DNA of 64,000 nucleotides from Escherichia coli (lineage in GTDB: Bacteria > Pseudomonadota > Gammaproteobacteria > Enterobacterales > Enterobacteriaceae), in assembly GCF_048403405.1 (NCBI RefSeq), contig NZ_CP183129.1; one strand, 5' to 3'. The position numbers and the translations under genes are program-made. Positions 20,347-30,410 of this stretch are shown here, piece by piece (position 1 is the first letter of the stretch; each line of letters begins with the position of its first letter). The notes beneath the pieces were generated by a model, which saw only the letters and a list, made by a program, of their open reading frames with translations, did not search any database and was not told the origin of the DNA.

Positions 20347-22746
20347 ATGAAGCTAACCGATGCGGATAATGCCGCCGATGGCATTTTTTTCCCCGCCCTT
20401 GAGCAAAATATGATGGGCGCGGTGTTAATTAACGAAAATGATGAAGTGATGTTTTTCAACCCCGCCGCAGAGAAGCTCTGGGGGTACAAACGTGAAGAAG
20501 TTATTGGCAATAACATTGATATGCTGATTCCGCGGGATTTGCGTCCCGCGCATCCTGAATACATCCGTCACAACCGTGAAGGCGGTAAAGCGCGCGTCGA
20601 GGGGATGAGTCGGGAGCTGCAGCTGGAGAAAAAAGACGGCAGTAAAATCTGGACCCGTTTTGCGCTATCGAAAGTGAGCGCCGAGGGGAAAGTTTATTAC
20701 CTGGCGCTGGTACGGGATGCCAGCGTAGAAATGGCGCAAAAAGAACAGACCCGACAATTGATTATTGCCGTTGACCATCTCGACCGACCAGTGATTGTCC
20801 TCGATCCGGAACGCCATATTGTGCAGTGCAATCGTGCATTTACCGAAATGTTTGGTTACTGCATTAGCGAAGCCAGCGGTATGCAGCCCGATACACTCCT
20901 GAACATTCCAGAATTCCCTGCTGATAACCGCATTCGTTTACAACAGTTGCTATGGAAAACCGCCCGCGATCAGGACGAATTTCTGCTGTTGACGCGCACC
21001 GGTGAAAAAATCTGGATTAAAGCCTCTATCAGCCCGGTCTATGATGTGCTCGCGCATCTGCAGAACCTGGTAATGACTTTCTCGGATATCACCGAAGAAC
21101 GGCAAATCCGCCAGCTTGAAGGCAATATTCTCGCCGCCATGTGCAGCAGCCCGCCATTTCATGAAATGGGGGAAATTATTTGTCGTAACATCGAATCTGT
21201 ACTCAACGAATCGCATGTTTCGCTGTTCGCGCTGCGCAACGGGATGCCGATACACTGGGCGTCATCTTCGCACGGTGCAGAAGTTCAAAATGCGCAAAGC
21301 TGGTCAGCGACCATTCGTCAGCGTGATGGTGCGCCTGCGGGGATCCTGCAAATTAAAACCTCGTCAGGAGCAGAAACCAGCGCCTTTATCGAACGCGTGG
21401 CAGATATCAGCCAGCATATGGCCGCGCTGGCGCTGGAACAGGAAAAAAGCCGTCAGCATATTGAACAACTCATCCAATTTGATCCGATGACCGGTCTGCC
21501 AAATCGCAATAACCTGCACAATTACCTCGATGACCTGGTCGACAAAGCCGTCTCTCCGGTGGTCTATCTCATCGGTGTTGACCATATTCAGGATGTGATT
21601 GATAGCCTTGGCTATGCGTGGGCCGATCAGGCATTGCTGGAAGTGGTCAATCGCTTTCGTGAAAAACTCAAACCGGATCAGTATCTCTGTCGTATCGAAG
21701 GTACGCAGTTTGTCCTCGTGAGCCTCGAAAACGACGTCAGTAACATTACCCAGATCGCCGATGAGCTACGGAATGTGGTCAGCAAGCCGATAATGATTGA
21801 CGATAAACCATTCCCGCTCACCTTGAGCATTGGCATCAGCTACGACGTGGGTAAAAACCGCGATTACCTGCTCTCCACTGCTCACAATGCAATGGATTAT
21901 ATTCGCAAGAATGGCGGTAACGGCTGGCAGTTCTTCAGCCCGGCGATGAACGAAATGGTAAAAGAGCGTTTGGTTTTAGGCGCAGCGCTGAAAGAAGCGA
22001 TTAGCAATAACCAACTAAAACTGGTTTACCAGCCGCAAATCTTCGCAGAAACGGGTGAACTCTACGGCATCGAAGCCCTTGCTCGCTGGCACGATCCCCT
22101 GCATGGTCATGTGCCCCCTTCACGGTTTATTCCTCTCGCAGAAGAGATTGGTGAAATCGAAAATATTGGGCGCTGGGTCATCGCGGAAGCTTGCCGTCAG
22201 TTAGCAGAATGGCGTAGCCAGAATATTCATATCCCGGCGTTATCCGTTAACTTGTCGGCGTTGCACTTTCGCAGTAATCAGCTGCCTAATCAGGTGTCTG
22301 ATGCAATGCACGCCTGGGGTATTGACGGCCACCAGCTGACGGTGGAAATCACGGAAAGCATGATGATGGAACACGATACCGAAATCTTTAAGCGCATTCA
22401 GATCCTGCGCGATATGGGCGTGGGTTTATCGGTAGATGATTTTGGCACGGGCTTTTCCGGATTATCCCGCTTAGTCAGTCTTCCAGTAACGGAAATCAAA
22501 ATTGACAAAAGTTTTGTCGATCGTTGTCTGACCGAAAAACGCATCCTTGCCTTACTTGAAGCCATTACCAGCATTGGGCAAAGCCTCAATTTAACCGTCG
22601 TGGCGGAAGGCGTCGAAACCAAAGAGCAATTTGAGATGCTACGCAAGATCCACTGTCGCGTTATTCAGGGATATTTCTTTTCCCGCCCCCTGCCCGCCGA
22701 AGAAATTCCAGGCTGGATGAGCAGTGTGTTACCGCTGAAAATCTGA
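20347..22746 (+). CDS. dosP: Heme-regulated c-di-GMP phosphodiesterase DosP (PAS-PAS-GGDEF-EAL)
   Basis: 799 aa from MKLTDADNAADG…; EAL domain; ORF begins directly after the dosC stop. Confidence 0.92.
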   Translation: MKLTDADNAADGIFFPALEQNMMGAVLINENDEVMFFNPAAEKLWGYKREEVIGNNIDMLIPRDLRPAHPEYIRHNREGGKARVEGMSRELQLEKKDGSKIWTRFALSKVSAEGKVYYLALVRDASVEMAQKEQTRQLIIAVDHLDRPVIVLDPERHIVQCNRAFTEMFGYCISEASGMQPDTLLNIPEFPADNRIRLQQLLWKTARDQDEFLLLTRTGEKIWIKASISPVYDVLAHLQNLVMTFSDITEERQIRQLEGNILAAMCSSPPFHEMGEIICRNIESVLNESHVSLFALRNGMPIHWASSSHGAEVQNAQSWSATIRQRDGAPAGILQIKTSSGAETSAFIERVADISQHMAALALEQEKSRQHIEQLIQFDPMTGLPNRNNLHNYLDDLVDKAVSPVVYLIGVDHIQDVIDSLGYAWADQALLEVVNRFREKLKPDQYLCRIEGTQFVLVSLENDVSNITQIADELRNVVSKPIMIDDKPFPLTLSIGISYDVGKNRDYLLSTAHNAMDYIRKNGGNGWQFFSPAMNEMVKERLVLGAALKEAISNNQLKLVYQPQIFAETGELYGIEALARWHDPLHGHVPPSRFIPLAEEIGEIENIGRWVIAEACRQLAEWRSQNIHIPALSVNLSALHFRSNQLPNQVSDAMHAWGIDGHQLTVEITESMMMEHDTEIFKRIQILRDMGVGLSVDDFGTGFSGLSRLVSLPVTEIKIDKSFVDRCLTEKRILALLEAITSIGQSLNLTVVAEGVETKEQFEMLRKIHCRVIQGYFFSRPLPAEEIPGWMSSVLPLKI

Positions 22747-22758
22747 CAAATTCCTCTC

Positions 22759-22780
22759 GCCCGCACTCGCGGGTTTTCAT
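22759..22780 (+). terminator. Rho-independent terminator after dosP (cccgc/gcggg stem plus tttt)
   Basis: Short GC stem with T-run read directly. Confidence 0.55.
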
Positions 22781-23003
22781 TTAACGTGACACTGTCACTT
22801 AAATACTGTGATTTCAGCTACGATTCCGGGAGATTCCTTCCTTAACTTCCCCTCTTGCACCAAAACTGCACTACGCTGCACAAATGTTGATCAAAAGTTA
22901 AAAAATATAACTTTAAGCCAGCATTCTGGCGCTTATCCCGGCATGGCATGAGATCTGCATAAGCGGAAAGCGCAGCAATTTTTGTCTTATACAGGAACCG
23001 TTT

Positions 23004-23585
23004 ATGTCGGATACCACCGAACTGGTTGATTTAGCCGTGATCTTCCCTGATCTGGAGATCGAATTGAAATACGCCTGCGCTGATAACATCACAGGTAAAG
23101 CTATTTATCAGCAAGCGCGTTGTCTGTTACACAAGGATGCGATTACTGCGCTGGCGAAAAGTATCAGTATCGCCCAGCTGTCAGGCTTACAACTGGTGAT
23201 TTACGATGCGTATCGCCCACAACAAGCACAGGCGATGTTGTGGCAAACCTGCCCAGACCCGCAATATGTTGTTGATGTGACGGTCGGTTCTAATCACAGC
23301 CGTGGCACGGCGATCGACCTGACGCTTCGTGATGAGCACGGGAACATCCTGGATATGGGTGCAGAGTTCGATGAAATGCACGAACGTTCCCATGCATATC
23401 ACCCTTCCGTTCCACCTGCCGCTCAGCGCAATCGGCTGTTGCTGAATGCGATTATGACTGGCGGTGGCTTTGTCGGTATCCCGAGCGAATGGTGGCACTT
23501 CGAATTACCCCAGGCAGCGAGTTACCCACTGCTCGCTGATCAATTCACCTGTTTTATATCCCCAGGCACACAGCACGCCAGTTAA
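23004..23585 (+). CDS. ddpX: D-Ala-D-Ala dipeptidase (VanX homolog)
   Basis: 193 aa; first gene of the ddp cluster. Confidence 0.9.
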   Translation: MSDTTELVDLAVIFPDLEIELKYACADNITGKAIYQQARCLLHKDAITALAKSISIAQLSGLQLVIYDAYRPQQAQAMLWQTCPDPQYVVDVTVGSNHSRGTAIDLTLRDEHGNILDMGAEFDEMHERSHAYHPSVPPAAQRNRLLLNAIMTGGGFVGIPSEWWHFELPQAASYPLLADQFTCFISPGTQHAS

Positions 23586-23598
23586 TCAGGAAACTGCC

Positions 23599-25149
23599 AT
23601 GAAGAGATCGATACCGTTTTGTCCTACATTGCTCGCGATCGTCCTTGCCACAACAATGCCGGTTGCGCACGCCGCCGTACCAAAAGATATGCTGGTGATT
23701 GGTAAGGCCGCCGATCCACAAACCCTCGACCCGGCGGTGACAATTGATAATAACGACTGGACGGTGACCTACCCGTCTTATCAGCGACTGGTTCAGTACA
23801 AAACGGACGGTGATAAAGGCTCAACCGACGTTGAAGGCGATCTGGCGAGTAGCTGGAAAGCGTCTGACGATCAAAAAGAGTGGACGTTCACCTTGAAGGA
23901 CAATGCTAAATTTGCCGATGGCACACCTGTCACTGCCGAAGCAGTAAAACTCTCTTTTGAGCGGTTACTAAAAATCGGCCAGGGGCCAGCAGAAGCATTT
24001 CCCAAAGATTTAAAGATTGATGCTCCCGACGAATATACGGTGAAGTTTACCCTTAGCCAGCCATTCGCACCGTTCCTCTACACGCTGGCGAATGACGGTG
24101 CATCCATTATCAATCCGGCGGTCTTAAAGGAGCATGCGGCGGATGATGCACGTGGTTTCCTCGCGCAAAATACCGCTGGCTCCGGACCGTTTATGCTGAA
24201 AAGCTGGCAAAAAGGTCAGCAATTAGTTCTGGTGCCAAATCCGCATTACCCCGGCAATAAACCGAATTTCAAACGGGTATCGGTAAAAATTATCGGTGAA
24301 AGTGCTTCCCGTCGCCTGCAGCTCTCCCGTGGCGACATTGACATTGCCGATGCGCTGCCGGTGGATCAACTCAACGCACTGAAGCAGGAAAACAAAGTCA
24401 ATGTGGCAGAGTATCCGTCACTGCGCGTCACCTATCTGTATCTGAATAACAGCAAAGCGCCACTTAATCAGGCGGATCTGCGTCGGGCCATTTCCTGGTC
24501 TACCGATTATCAGGGTATGGTTAACGGCATTCTGAGTGGTAACGGAAAACAAATGCGCGGCCCGATTCCGGAAGGCATGTGGGGATACGATGCGACGGCA
24601 ATGCAATACAACCATGACGAAACGAAAGCCAAAGCCGAATGGGATAAAGTGACGAGCAAACCCACCAGCCTGACGTTTCTCTATTCTGATAATGATCCGA
24701 ACTGGGAGCCTATTGCTCTGGCGACACAATCCAGTCTCAACAAGCTGGGCATCAACGTGAAGCTGGAAAAGCTGGCGAACGCCACCATGCGCGACAGAGT
24801 GGGAAAAGGTGATTATGACATTGCGATTGGCAACTGGAGTCCGGATTTTGCCGACCCGTATATGTTTATGAATTACTGGTTTGAGTCAGACAAAAAAGGT
24901 CTGCCGGGTAACCGCTCGTTCTATGAAAACAGTGAGGTCGATAAGTTACTGCGCAATGCGCTAGCGACCACCGACCAGACGCAGCGTACTCGGGACTACC
25001 AGCAGGCACAGAAAATCGTCATTGATGACGCTGCTTATGTGTACCTGTTCCAGAAAAACTACCAACTGGCGATGAACAAAGAGGTGAAAGGTTTTGTGTT
25101 CAATCCCATGCTGGAACAGGTCTTCAATATCAATACCATGAGTAAATAA
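23599..25149 (+). CDS. ddpA: Periplasmic D,D-dipeptide-binding protein of ABC transporter
   Basis: 516 aa from MKRSIPF with signal peptide; the upstream extension in the ORF track overlaps ddpX and is rejected. Confidence 0.9.
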   Translation: MKRSIPFCPTLLAIVLATTMPVAHAAVPKDMLVIGKAADPQTLDPAVTIDNNDWTVTYPSYQRLVQYKTDGDKGSTDVEGDLASSWKASDDQKEWTFTLKDNAKFADGTPVTAEAVKLSFERLLKIGQGPAEAFPKDLKIDAPDEYTVKFTLSQPFAPFLYTLANDGASIINPAVLKEHAADDARGFLAQNTAGSGPFMLKSWQKGQQLVLVPNPHYPGNKPNFKRVSVKIIGESASRRLQLSRGDIDIADALPVDQLNALKQENKVNVAEYPSLRVTYLYLNNSKAPLNQADLRRAISWSTDYQGMVNGILSGNGKQMRGPIPEGMWGYDATAMQYNHDETKAKAEWDKVTSKPTSLTFLYSDNDPNWEPIALATQSSLNKLGINVKLEKLANATMRDRVGKGDYDIAIGNWSPDFADPYMFMNYWFESDKKGLPGNRSFYENSEVDKLLRNALATTDQTQRTRDYQQAQKIVIDDAAYVYLFQKNYQLAMNKEVKGFVFNPMLEQVFNINTMSK

Positions 25150-25150
25150 C

Positions 25151-26173
25151 GTGACCTTCTGGAGTATTTTACGCCAACGCTGCTGGGGGCTGGTGCTCGT
25201 GGTGGCGGGCGTCTGTGTGATAACGTTTATTATCTCGCACCTGATCCCCGGCGATCCGGCGCGGTTACTGGCGGGTGACCGCGCCAGCGATGCTATCGTG
25301 GATAATATTCGCCAGCAACTGGGACTGGACCAGCCACTGTATGTACAGTTTTACCGCTACGTCAGCGACCTGTTTCAGGGTGACCTGGGAACATCCATTC
25401 GTACCGGGCGTCCGGTGCTGGAAGAGTTGCGCATATTTTTCCCGGCGACGCTGGAACTGGCTTTTTGTGCCCTGCTGCTGGCACTCCTGATTGGCATCCC
25501 GCTGGGCATACTCTCTGCAGTCTGGCGAAATCGCTGGCTGGATCATCTGGTGCGAATAATGGCCATTACCGGAATCTCCACACCTGCGTTCTGGCTTGGG
25601 CTGGGCGTCATTGTGCTGTTTTATGGTCATCTGCAAATTCTTCCCGGCGGCGGAAGGCTTGATGACTGGCTGGATCCACCAACGCACGTTACCGGCTTTT
25701 ATCTGCTCGATGCGCTGCTTGAAGGCAACGGTGAAGTCTTCTTCAATGCGCTGCAACATCTCATCTTACCGGCATTAACGCTGGCGTTCGTTCACCTGGG
25801 GATTGTCGCTCGCCAGATCCGCTCAGCTATGCTGGAACAATTGAGTGAAGACTACATTCGTACCGCCCGGGCCAGCGGCTTGCCCGGCTGGTATATCGTT
25901 TTATGTTATGCGCTACCCAATGCGTTGATCCCCTCGATTACCGTATTGGGGCTGGCGCTGGGCGATTTGTTGTATGGCGCAGTGCTCACCGAAACCGTTT
26001 TTGCCTGGCCCGGAATGGGTGCATGGGTAGTAACATCAATACAGGCGCTCGACTTCCCGGCAGTGATGGGCTTTGCCGTCGTGGTTTCGTTTGCTTATGT
26101 GCTGGTGAACCTGGTGGTGGATTTGCTCTATTTGTGGATTGATCCGCGTATCGGACGTGGAGGTGGTGAATGA
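25151..26173 (+). CDS. ddpB: D,D-dipeptide ABC transporter permease
   Basis: 340-aa polytopic permease. Confidence 0.9.
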   Translation: MTFWSILRQRCWGLVLVVAGVCVITFIISHLIPGDPARLLAGDRASDAIVDNIRQQLGLDQPLYVQFYRYVSDLFQGDLGTSIRTGRPVLEELRIFFPATLELAFCALLLALLIGIPLGILSAVWRNRWLDHLVRIMAITGISTPAFWLGLGVIVLFYGHLQILPGGGRLDDWLDPPTHVTGFYLLDALLEGNGEVFFNALQHLILPALTLAFVHLGIVARQIRSAMLEQLSEDYIRTARASGLPGWYIVLCYALPNALIPSITVLGLALGDLLYGAVLTETVFAWPGMGAWVVTSIQALDFPAVMGFAVVVSFAYVLVNLVVDLLYLWIDPRIGRGGGE

Positions 26174-27066
26174 TGCTAAGCGAGGAAACGTCAGCCGTGC
26201 GCCCACCAAAACAAACGCGATTTAACGGTGCAAAACTGGTATGGATGCTGAAAGGCAGCCCGCTTACCGTGACCGGCGCAGTCATCATTGTATTAATGCT
26301 ACTGATGATGATTTTTTCACCGTGGCTGGCGACGCATGATCCCAACGCCATTGATTTAACCGCCCGCCTTTTGCCGCCTTCTGCGGCGCACTGGTTTGGT
26401 ACCGATGAAGTGGGACGCGATCTGTTTAGCCGCGTACTGGTCGGCAGTCAGCAATCAATTCTCGCCGGATTAGTGGTGGTCGCCATTGCAGGTATGATGG
26501 GGTCGCTACTCGGGTGTCTATCCGGTGTGCTTGGCGGACGCGCAGACGCGATCATCATGCGCATCATGGACATTATGCTGTCGATTCCTTCGCTGGTGCT
26601 GACAATGGCACTGGCTGCCGCACTTGGACCGAGTTTGTTTAACGCCATGCTGGCGATTGCTATCGTGCGAATCCCGTTTTATGTGCGCCTGGCGCGGGGG
26701 CAAACATTAGTTGTCCGCCAGTACACTTACGTTCAGGCGGCGAAAACCTTTGGTGCGTCACGCTGGCATCTGATCAATTGGCATATTTTACGTAACTCCC
26801 TGCCGCCGCTGATTGTGCAGGCATCGCTGGATATCGGTAGCGCGATTTTAATGGCCGCCACGTTGGGATTTATTGGCCTGGGTGCTCAACAACCGAGTGC
26901 TGAATGGGGGGCGATGGTGGCGAATGGTCGCAACTATGTGCTCGATCAATGGTGGTATTGCGCATTTCCGGGGGCAGCGATTTTGCTTACCGCCGTCGGG
27001 TTCAATCTCTTTGGTGATGGTATTCGCGATCTGCTTGACCCGAAAGCAGGAGGAAAGCAGTCATGA
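26170..27066 (+). CDS. ddpC: D,D-dipeptide ABC transporter permease
   Basis: 298 aa; 4-nt overlap with ddpB. Confidence 0.9.
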   Translation: MMLSEETSAVRPPKQTRFNGAKLVWMLKGSPLTVTGAVIIVLMLLMMIFSPWLATHDPNAIDLTARLLPPSAAHWFGTDEVGRDLFSRVLVGSQQSILAGLVVVAIAGMMGSLLGCLSGVLGGRADAIIMRIMDIMLSIPSLVLTMALAAALGPSLFNAMLAIAIVRIPFYVRLARGQTLVVRQYTYVQAAKTFGASRWHLINWHILRNSLPPLIVQASLDIGSAILMAATLGFIGLGAQQPSAEWGAMVANGRNYVLDQWWYCAFPGAAILLTAVGFNLFGDGIRDLLDPKAGGKQS

Positions 27067-28049
27067 CCCAACCCGTTCTGGACATTCAACAACTGCATTT
27101 GAGTTTCCCCGGTTTTAACGGTGATGTTCACGCGCTCAACAATGTGTCATTGAAAATCAACCGCGGTGAAATTGTCGGTCTGGTGGGAGAATCCGGCTCG
27201 GGTAAATCAGTCACTGCAATGTTGATTATGCGTCTGCTACCGACGGGCAGTTATTGCGTACATCGGGGACATATTTCACTGCTGGGAGAAGATGCTCTTA
27301 ACGCTCGGGAAAAACAGCTTCGTCAGTGGCGCGGCGCACGAGTGGCGATGATCTTTCAGGAACCGATGACCGCCCTTAATCCGACACGTCGAATAGGTCT
27401 TCAGATGATGGACGTGATCCGCCATCATCAACCAAAAAGTCGTCGGGAAGCCAGAGCTAAAGCGATTGCCCTGCTGGAAGAGATGCAAATCCCGGATGCC
27501 GTGGAAGTTATGTCGCGCTATCCGTTTGAGCTTTCAGGTGGTATGCGACAGCGGGTAATGATTGCGCTGGCATTCTCCTGCGAGCCGCAATTGATTATTG
27601 CCGACGAACCGACTACGGCGCTGGACGTCACGGTACAGTTGCAGGTACTGCGTCTGCTTAAACATAAAGCCCGCGCCAGTGGAACTGCGGTACTGTTCAT
27701 CAGCCATGATATGGCCGTGGTGTCGCAACTGTGCGATAGCGTTTACGTGATGTATGCCGGAAGCGTGATTGAGAGCGGCGTGACGGCAGACGTTATCCAT
27801 CATCCCCGGCATCCGTATACCATTGGTTTGCTGCAATGCGCACCGGAACATGGAATACCGCGCCAGCCATTACCCGCTATTCCGGGGACGGTACCAAACC
27901 TCACCCATTTGCCTGACGGCTGCGCTTTTCGCGATCGTTGCTATGCGGCAGGTGCACAGTGTGAAAACGTCCCGGCGCTAACAGCGTATGGTGACAACAA
28001 CCACCGCTGCGCCTGTTGGTATCCTCAGCAGGAGGTCATTAGTGTCTGA
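27063..28049 (+). CDS. ddpD: D,D-dipeptide ABC transporter ATP-binding protein
   Basis: 328 aa; Walker A GESGSGKS. Confidence 0.9.
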   Translation: MTQPVLDIQQLHLSFPGFNGDVHALNNVSLKINRGEIVGLVGESGSGKSVTAMLIMRLLPTGSYCVHRGHISLLGEDALNAREKQLRQWRGARVAMIFQEPMTALNPTRRIGLQMMDVIRHHQPKSRREARAKAIALLEEMQIPDAVEVMSRYPFELSGGMRQRVMIALAFSCEPQLIIADEPTTALDVTVQLQVLRLLKHKARASGTAVLFISHDMAVVSQLCDSVYVMYAGSVIESGVTADVIHHPRHPYTIGLLQCAPEHGIPRQPLPAIPGTVPNLTHLPDGCAFRDRCYAAGAQCENVPALTAYGDNNHRCACWYPQQEVISV

Positions 28050-28968
28050 CACGTTATTAACGTTACGCGACGTCCATATCAATTTCCCGGCCCGAAAAAA
28101 CTGGCTTGGTAAAACTACGGAACATGTTCATGCCATCAATGGTATTGATTTACAGATCCGTCGTAGTGAAACCTTAGGGATCGTCGGTGAGTCAGGCTGC
28201 GGCAAAAGCACCCTCGCACAGCTTTTAATGGGTATGCTGCAACCGAGCCACGGGCAGTACATCCGTTCAAGATCACAACGCATTATGCAGATGGTGTTTC
28301 AGGACCCGCTCTCTTCGCTCAATCCGCGCTTACCGGTGTGGCGCATCATCACAGAACCGCTCTGGATAGCTAAGCGTAGTAGTGAACAACAGCGGCGAGC
28401 GTTGGCAGAGGAGCTGGCTGTGCAGGTGGGTATTCGTCCGGAATATCTCGACCGCCTGCCTCATGCGTTCTCCGGCGGGCAGCGGCAACGCATCGCCATT
28501 GCCAGAGCACTCTCTTCGCAGCCTGACGTGATTGTGCTTGATGAGCCAACCTCTGCGCTGGATATCTCTGTGCAGGCGCAGATCCTAAATTTACTGGTAA
28601 CGCTACAGGAAAATCGCGAGCTGACTTATGTGCTGATTTCACACAATGTCTCGGTGATACGTCATATGAGCGATCGGGTGGCGGTGATGTATCTCGGACA
28701 GATTGTGGAACTAGGAGACGCGCAACAGGTGCTGACAGCTCCGGCACATCCATACACCCGATTATTGCTGGATTCCCTCCCCGCCATTGATAAACCGCTG
28801 GAGGAAGAATGGGCATTACGTAAAACGGATCTACCAGGAAACCGCACGTTGCCACAAGGCTGTTTTTTCCGCGAACGCTGCCCTCTGGCAACCCACGGAT
28901 GTGAAGTCCGGCAATCATTAGCAATAAGGGAGGACGGACGTGAGATCCGGTGCTGGCGGGCGCTGTAG
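28042..28968 (+). CDS. ddpF: D,D-dipeptide ABC transporter ATP-binding protein
   Basis: 308 aa from a GTG start preceded by aggagg; Walker A GESGCGKST; overlaps the ddpD end. Confidence 0.85.
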   Translation: MSDTLLTLRDVHINFPARKNWLGKTTEHVHAINGIDLQIRRSETLGIVGESGCGKSTLAQLLMGMLQPSHGQYIRSRSQRIMQMVFQDPLSSLNPRLPVWRIITEPLWIAKRSSEQQRRALAEELAVQVGIRPEYLDRLPHAFSGGQRQRIAIARALSSQPDVIVLDEPTSALDISVQAQILNLLVTLQENRELTYVLISHNVSVIRHMSDRVAVMYLGQIVELGDAQQVLTAPAHPYTRLLLDSLPAIDKPLEEEWALRKTDLPGNRTLPQGCFFRERCPLATHGCEVRQSLAIREDGREIRCWRAL

Positions 28969-29023
28969 AGATGCTAACAACGCATCAGGCAATCACGCGC
29001 CTGACGCGTCATACGGCAACGCT

Positions 29024-29455
29024 TTATGATTTCAACTGGTAATCAAGCGTAATTTCCGCTTTCAGTACCTGGGAAACCGGGCATCCTGCTTTTGCTTTCT
29101 GGATAATGCCGTCAAAGGTGGCGGCATCAATACCCGGCACCGCAACTTCGCTCTTCAGTGCGATTTTAGTAATCGCAAAACCGGCATCCACTTTATCCAG
29201 CGACACATCGGCGGTGGTATCAATCGATGTTGGCGTGAATCCCGCTTCCCCCAGCATTAATGAAAGCGCCATTGAGAAACATGCGGCATGCGCTGCGCCA
29301 ATCAGTTCTTCAGGGTTGGTTCCTTTTTCGCCTTCAAAACGCGTGTTAAATCCATACGGCTGTTGGTTCAGCACGCCGCTCTCGGTGGATACTGTTCCCT
29401 TCCCGCGTTTGATATCGCCTTCCCAGTGTGCCTGACCTTTCTTATGGATTGTCAT
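29024..29455 (-). CDS. osmC: Osmotically inducible peroxiredoxin OsmC
   Basis: 143 aa; OsmC/Ohr family. Confidence 0.93.
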   Translation of the reverse strand: MTIHKKGQAHWEGDIKRGKGTVSTESGVLNQQPYGFNTRFEGEKGTNPEELIGAAHAACFSMALSLMLGEAGFTPTSIDTTADVSLDKVDAGFAITKIALKSEVAVPGIDAATFDGIIQKAKAGCPVSQVLKAEITLDYQLKS

Positions 29456-29799
29456 TGTTGCTCTCCTGTGGGCTTAAAAAGGAAATTATAGACTACGTGA
29501 GAAACCGCACGAGGATAAGCAGGATATTCCGAATAAAATCCGGCGAAAACATTATCTCTGTACTTAAATTAAATTCCCACAATAGATAACGGGGAATATA
29601 TAATCCAAAAGATATTGTATCAATATTAATCGGATCGCCCCAATTACAATCCCTATGAATATCATGGTGTTAAAATATAAAAATTATCAACCAGGACTAA
29701 TCTTAACAACGAAGCGGCAAATATTTGCCATGCTGAATGTGCTTTATAAATCTGCGATCCGTAGCAGACACCAAAAATACACAGACACGGAGAATCGCT

Positions 29800-30015
29800 A
29801 TGTTTACTTATTATCAGGCAGAAAATTCAACAGCAGAACCCGCTCTGGTTAATGCCATTGAGCAAGGCCTTCGGGCAGAGCACGGTGTTGTCACTGAAGA
29901 TGACATTCTCATGGAGCTGACCAAATGGGTAGAAGCTTCTGATAACGACATCCTCAGTGATATCTACCAGCAAACGATCAATTATGTGGTCAGTGGCCAG
30001 CACCCTACGCTTTAA
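29800..30015 (+). CDS. bdm: Biofilm-dependent modulation protein Bdm
   Basis: 71 aa from MFTYYQAENSTAEP; divergent from osmC. Confidence 0.85.
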   Translation: MFTYYQAENSTAEPALVNAIEQGLRAEHGVVTEDDILMELTKWVEASDNDILSDIYQQTINYVVSGQHPTL

Positions 30016-30116
30016 GGTGCTATGCTTGATCGGCAACCTAATTTAGGGGTTTAGCACGTGTTTCTTCGCTACGGCGATGTTGTCCTTAAAACTAGCAACA
30101 GGATTGAGGAGTTAAA

Positions 30117-30254
30117 ATGAAATCGAACCGTCAGGCACGTCATATTCTTGGACTGGACCATAAAATTTCTAACCAGCGCAAAATAGTTACCGAAGGTGAC
30201 AAATCCAGCGTGGTAAATAACCCAACCGGCAGAAAACGCCCCGCTGAAAAGTAA
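30117..30254 (+). CDS. sra: Stationary-phase-induced ribosome-associated protein Sra (RpsV), 45 aa
   Basis: Hand-translated [45 protein letters not shown]; aggag RBS; below the ORF-track length cut-off. Confidence 0.85.
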
Positions 30255-30283
30255 TCTTTAACAATCAGTCCTCAATGACGATT

Positions 30284-30319
30284 AAACACCATTGCCTGCG
30301 CAATGGTGTTTTTGTTTTT
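30284..30319 (+). terminator. Rho-independent terminator after sra
   Basis: acaccattg/caatggtgt stem followed by tttttgttttt. Confidence 0.75.
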
Positions 30320-30410
30320 ATCTGCTTTATACTTGGGGCCGACGCCCTGGCGGTAAAGCAAAGACGATAAAAGCGTGCCAGGGATGGATATTCAAAAAAG
30401 AGTGAGTGAC

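Noticed and set aside
23464-23598. N-terminal extension of ddpA in the ORF track (561 aa) overlapping ddpX
   Set aside because: The extension overlaps the ddpX coding region; the internal Met (MKRSIPF…) is followed by a typical signal peptide and gives the expected 516-aa product.
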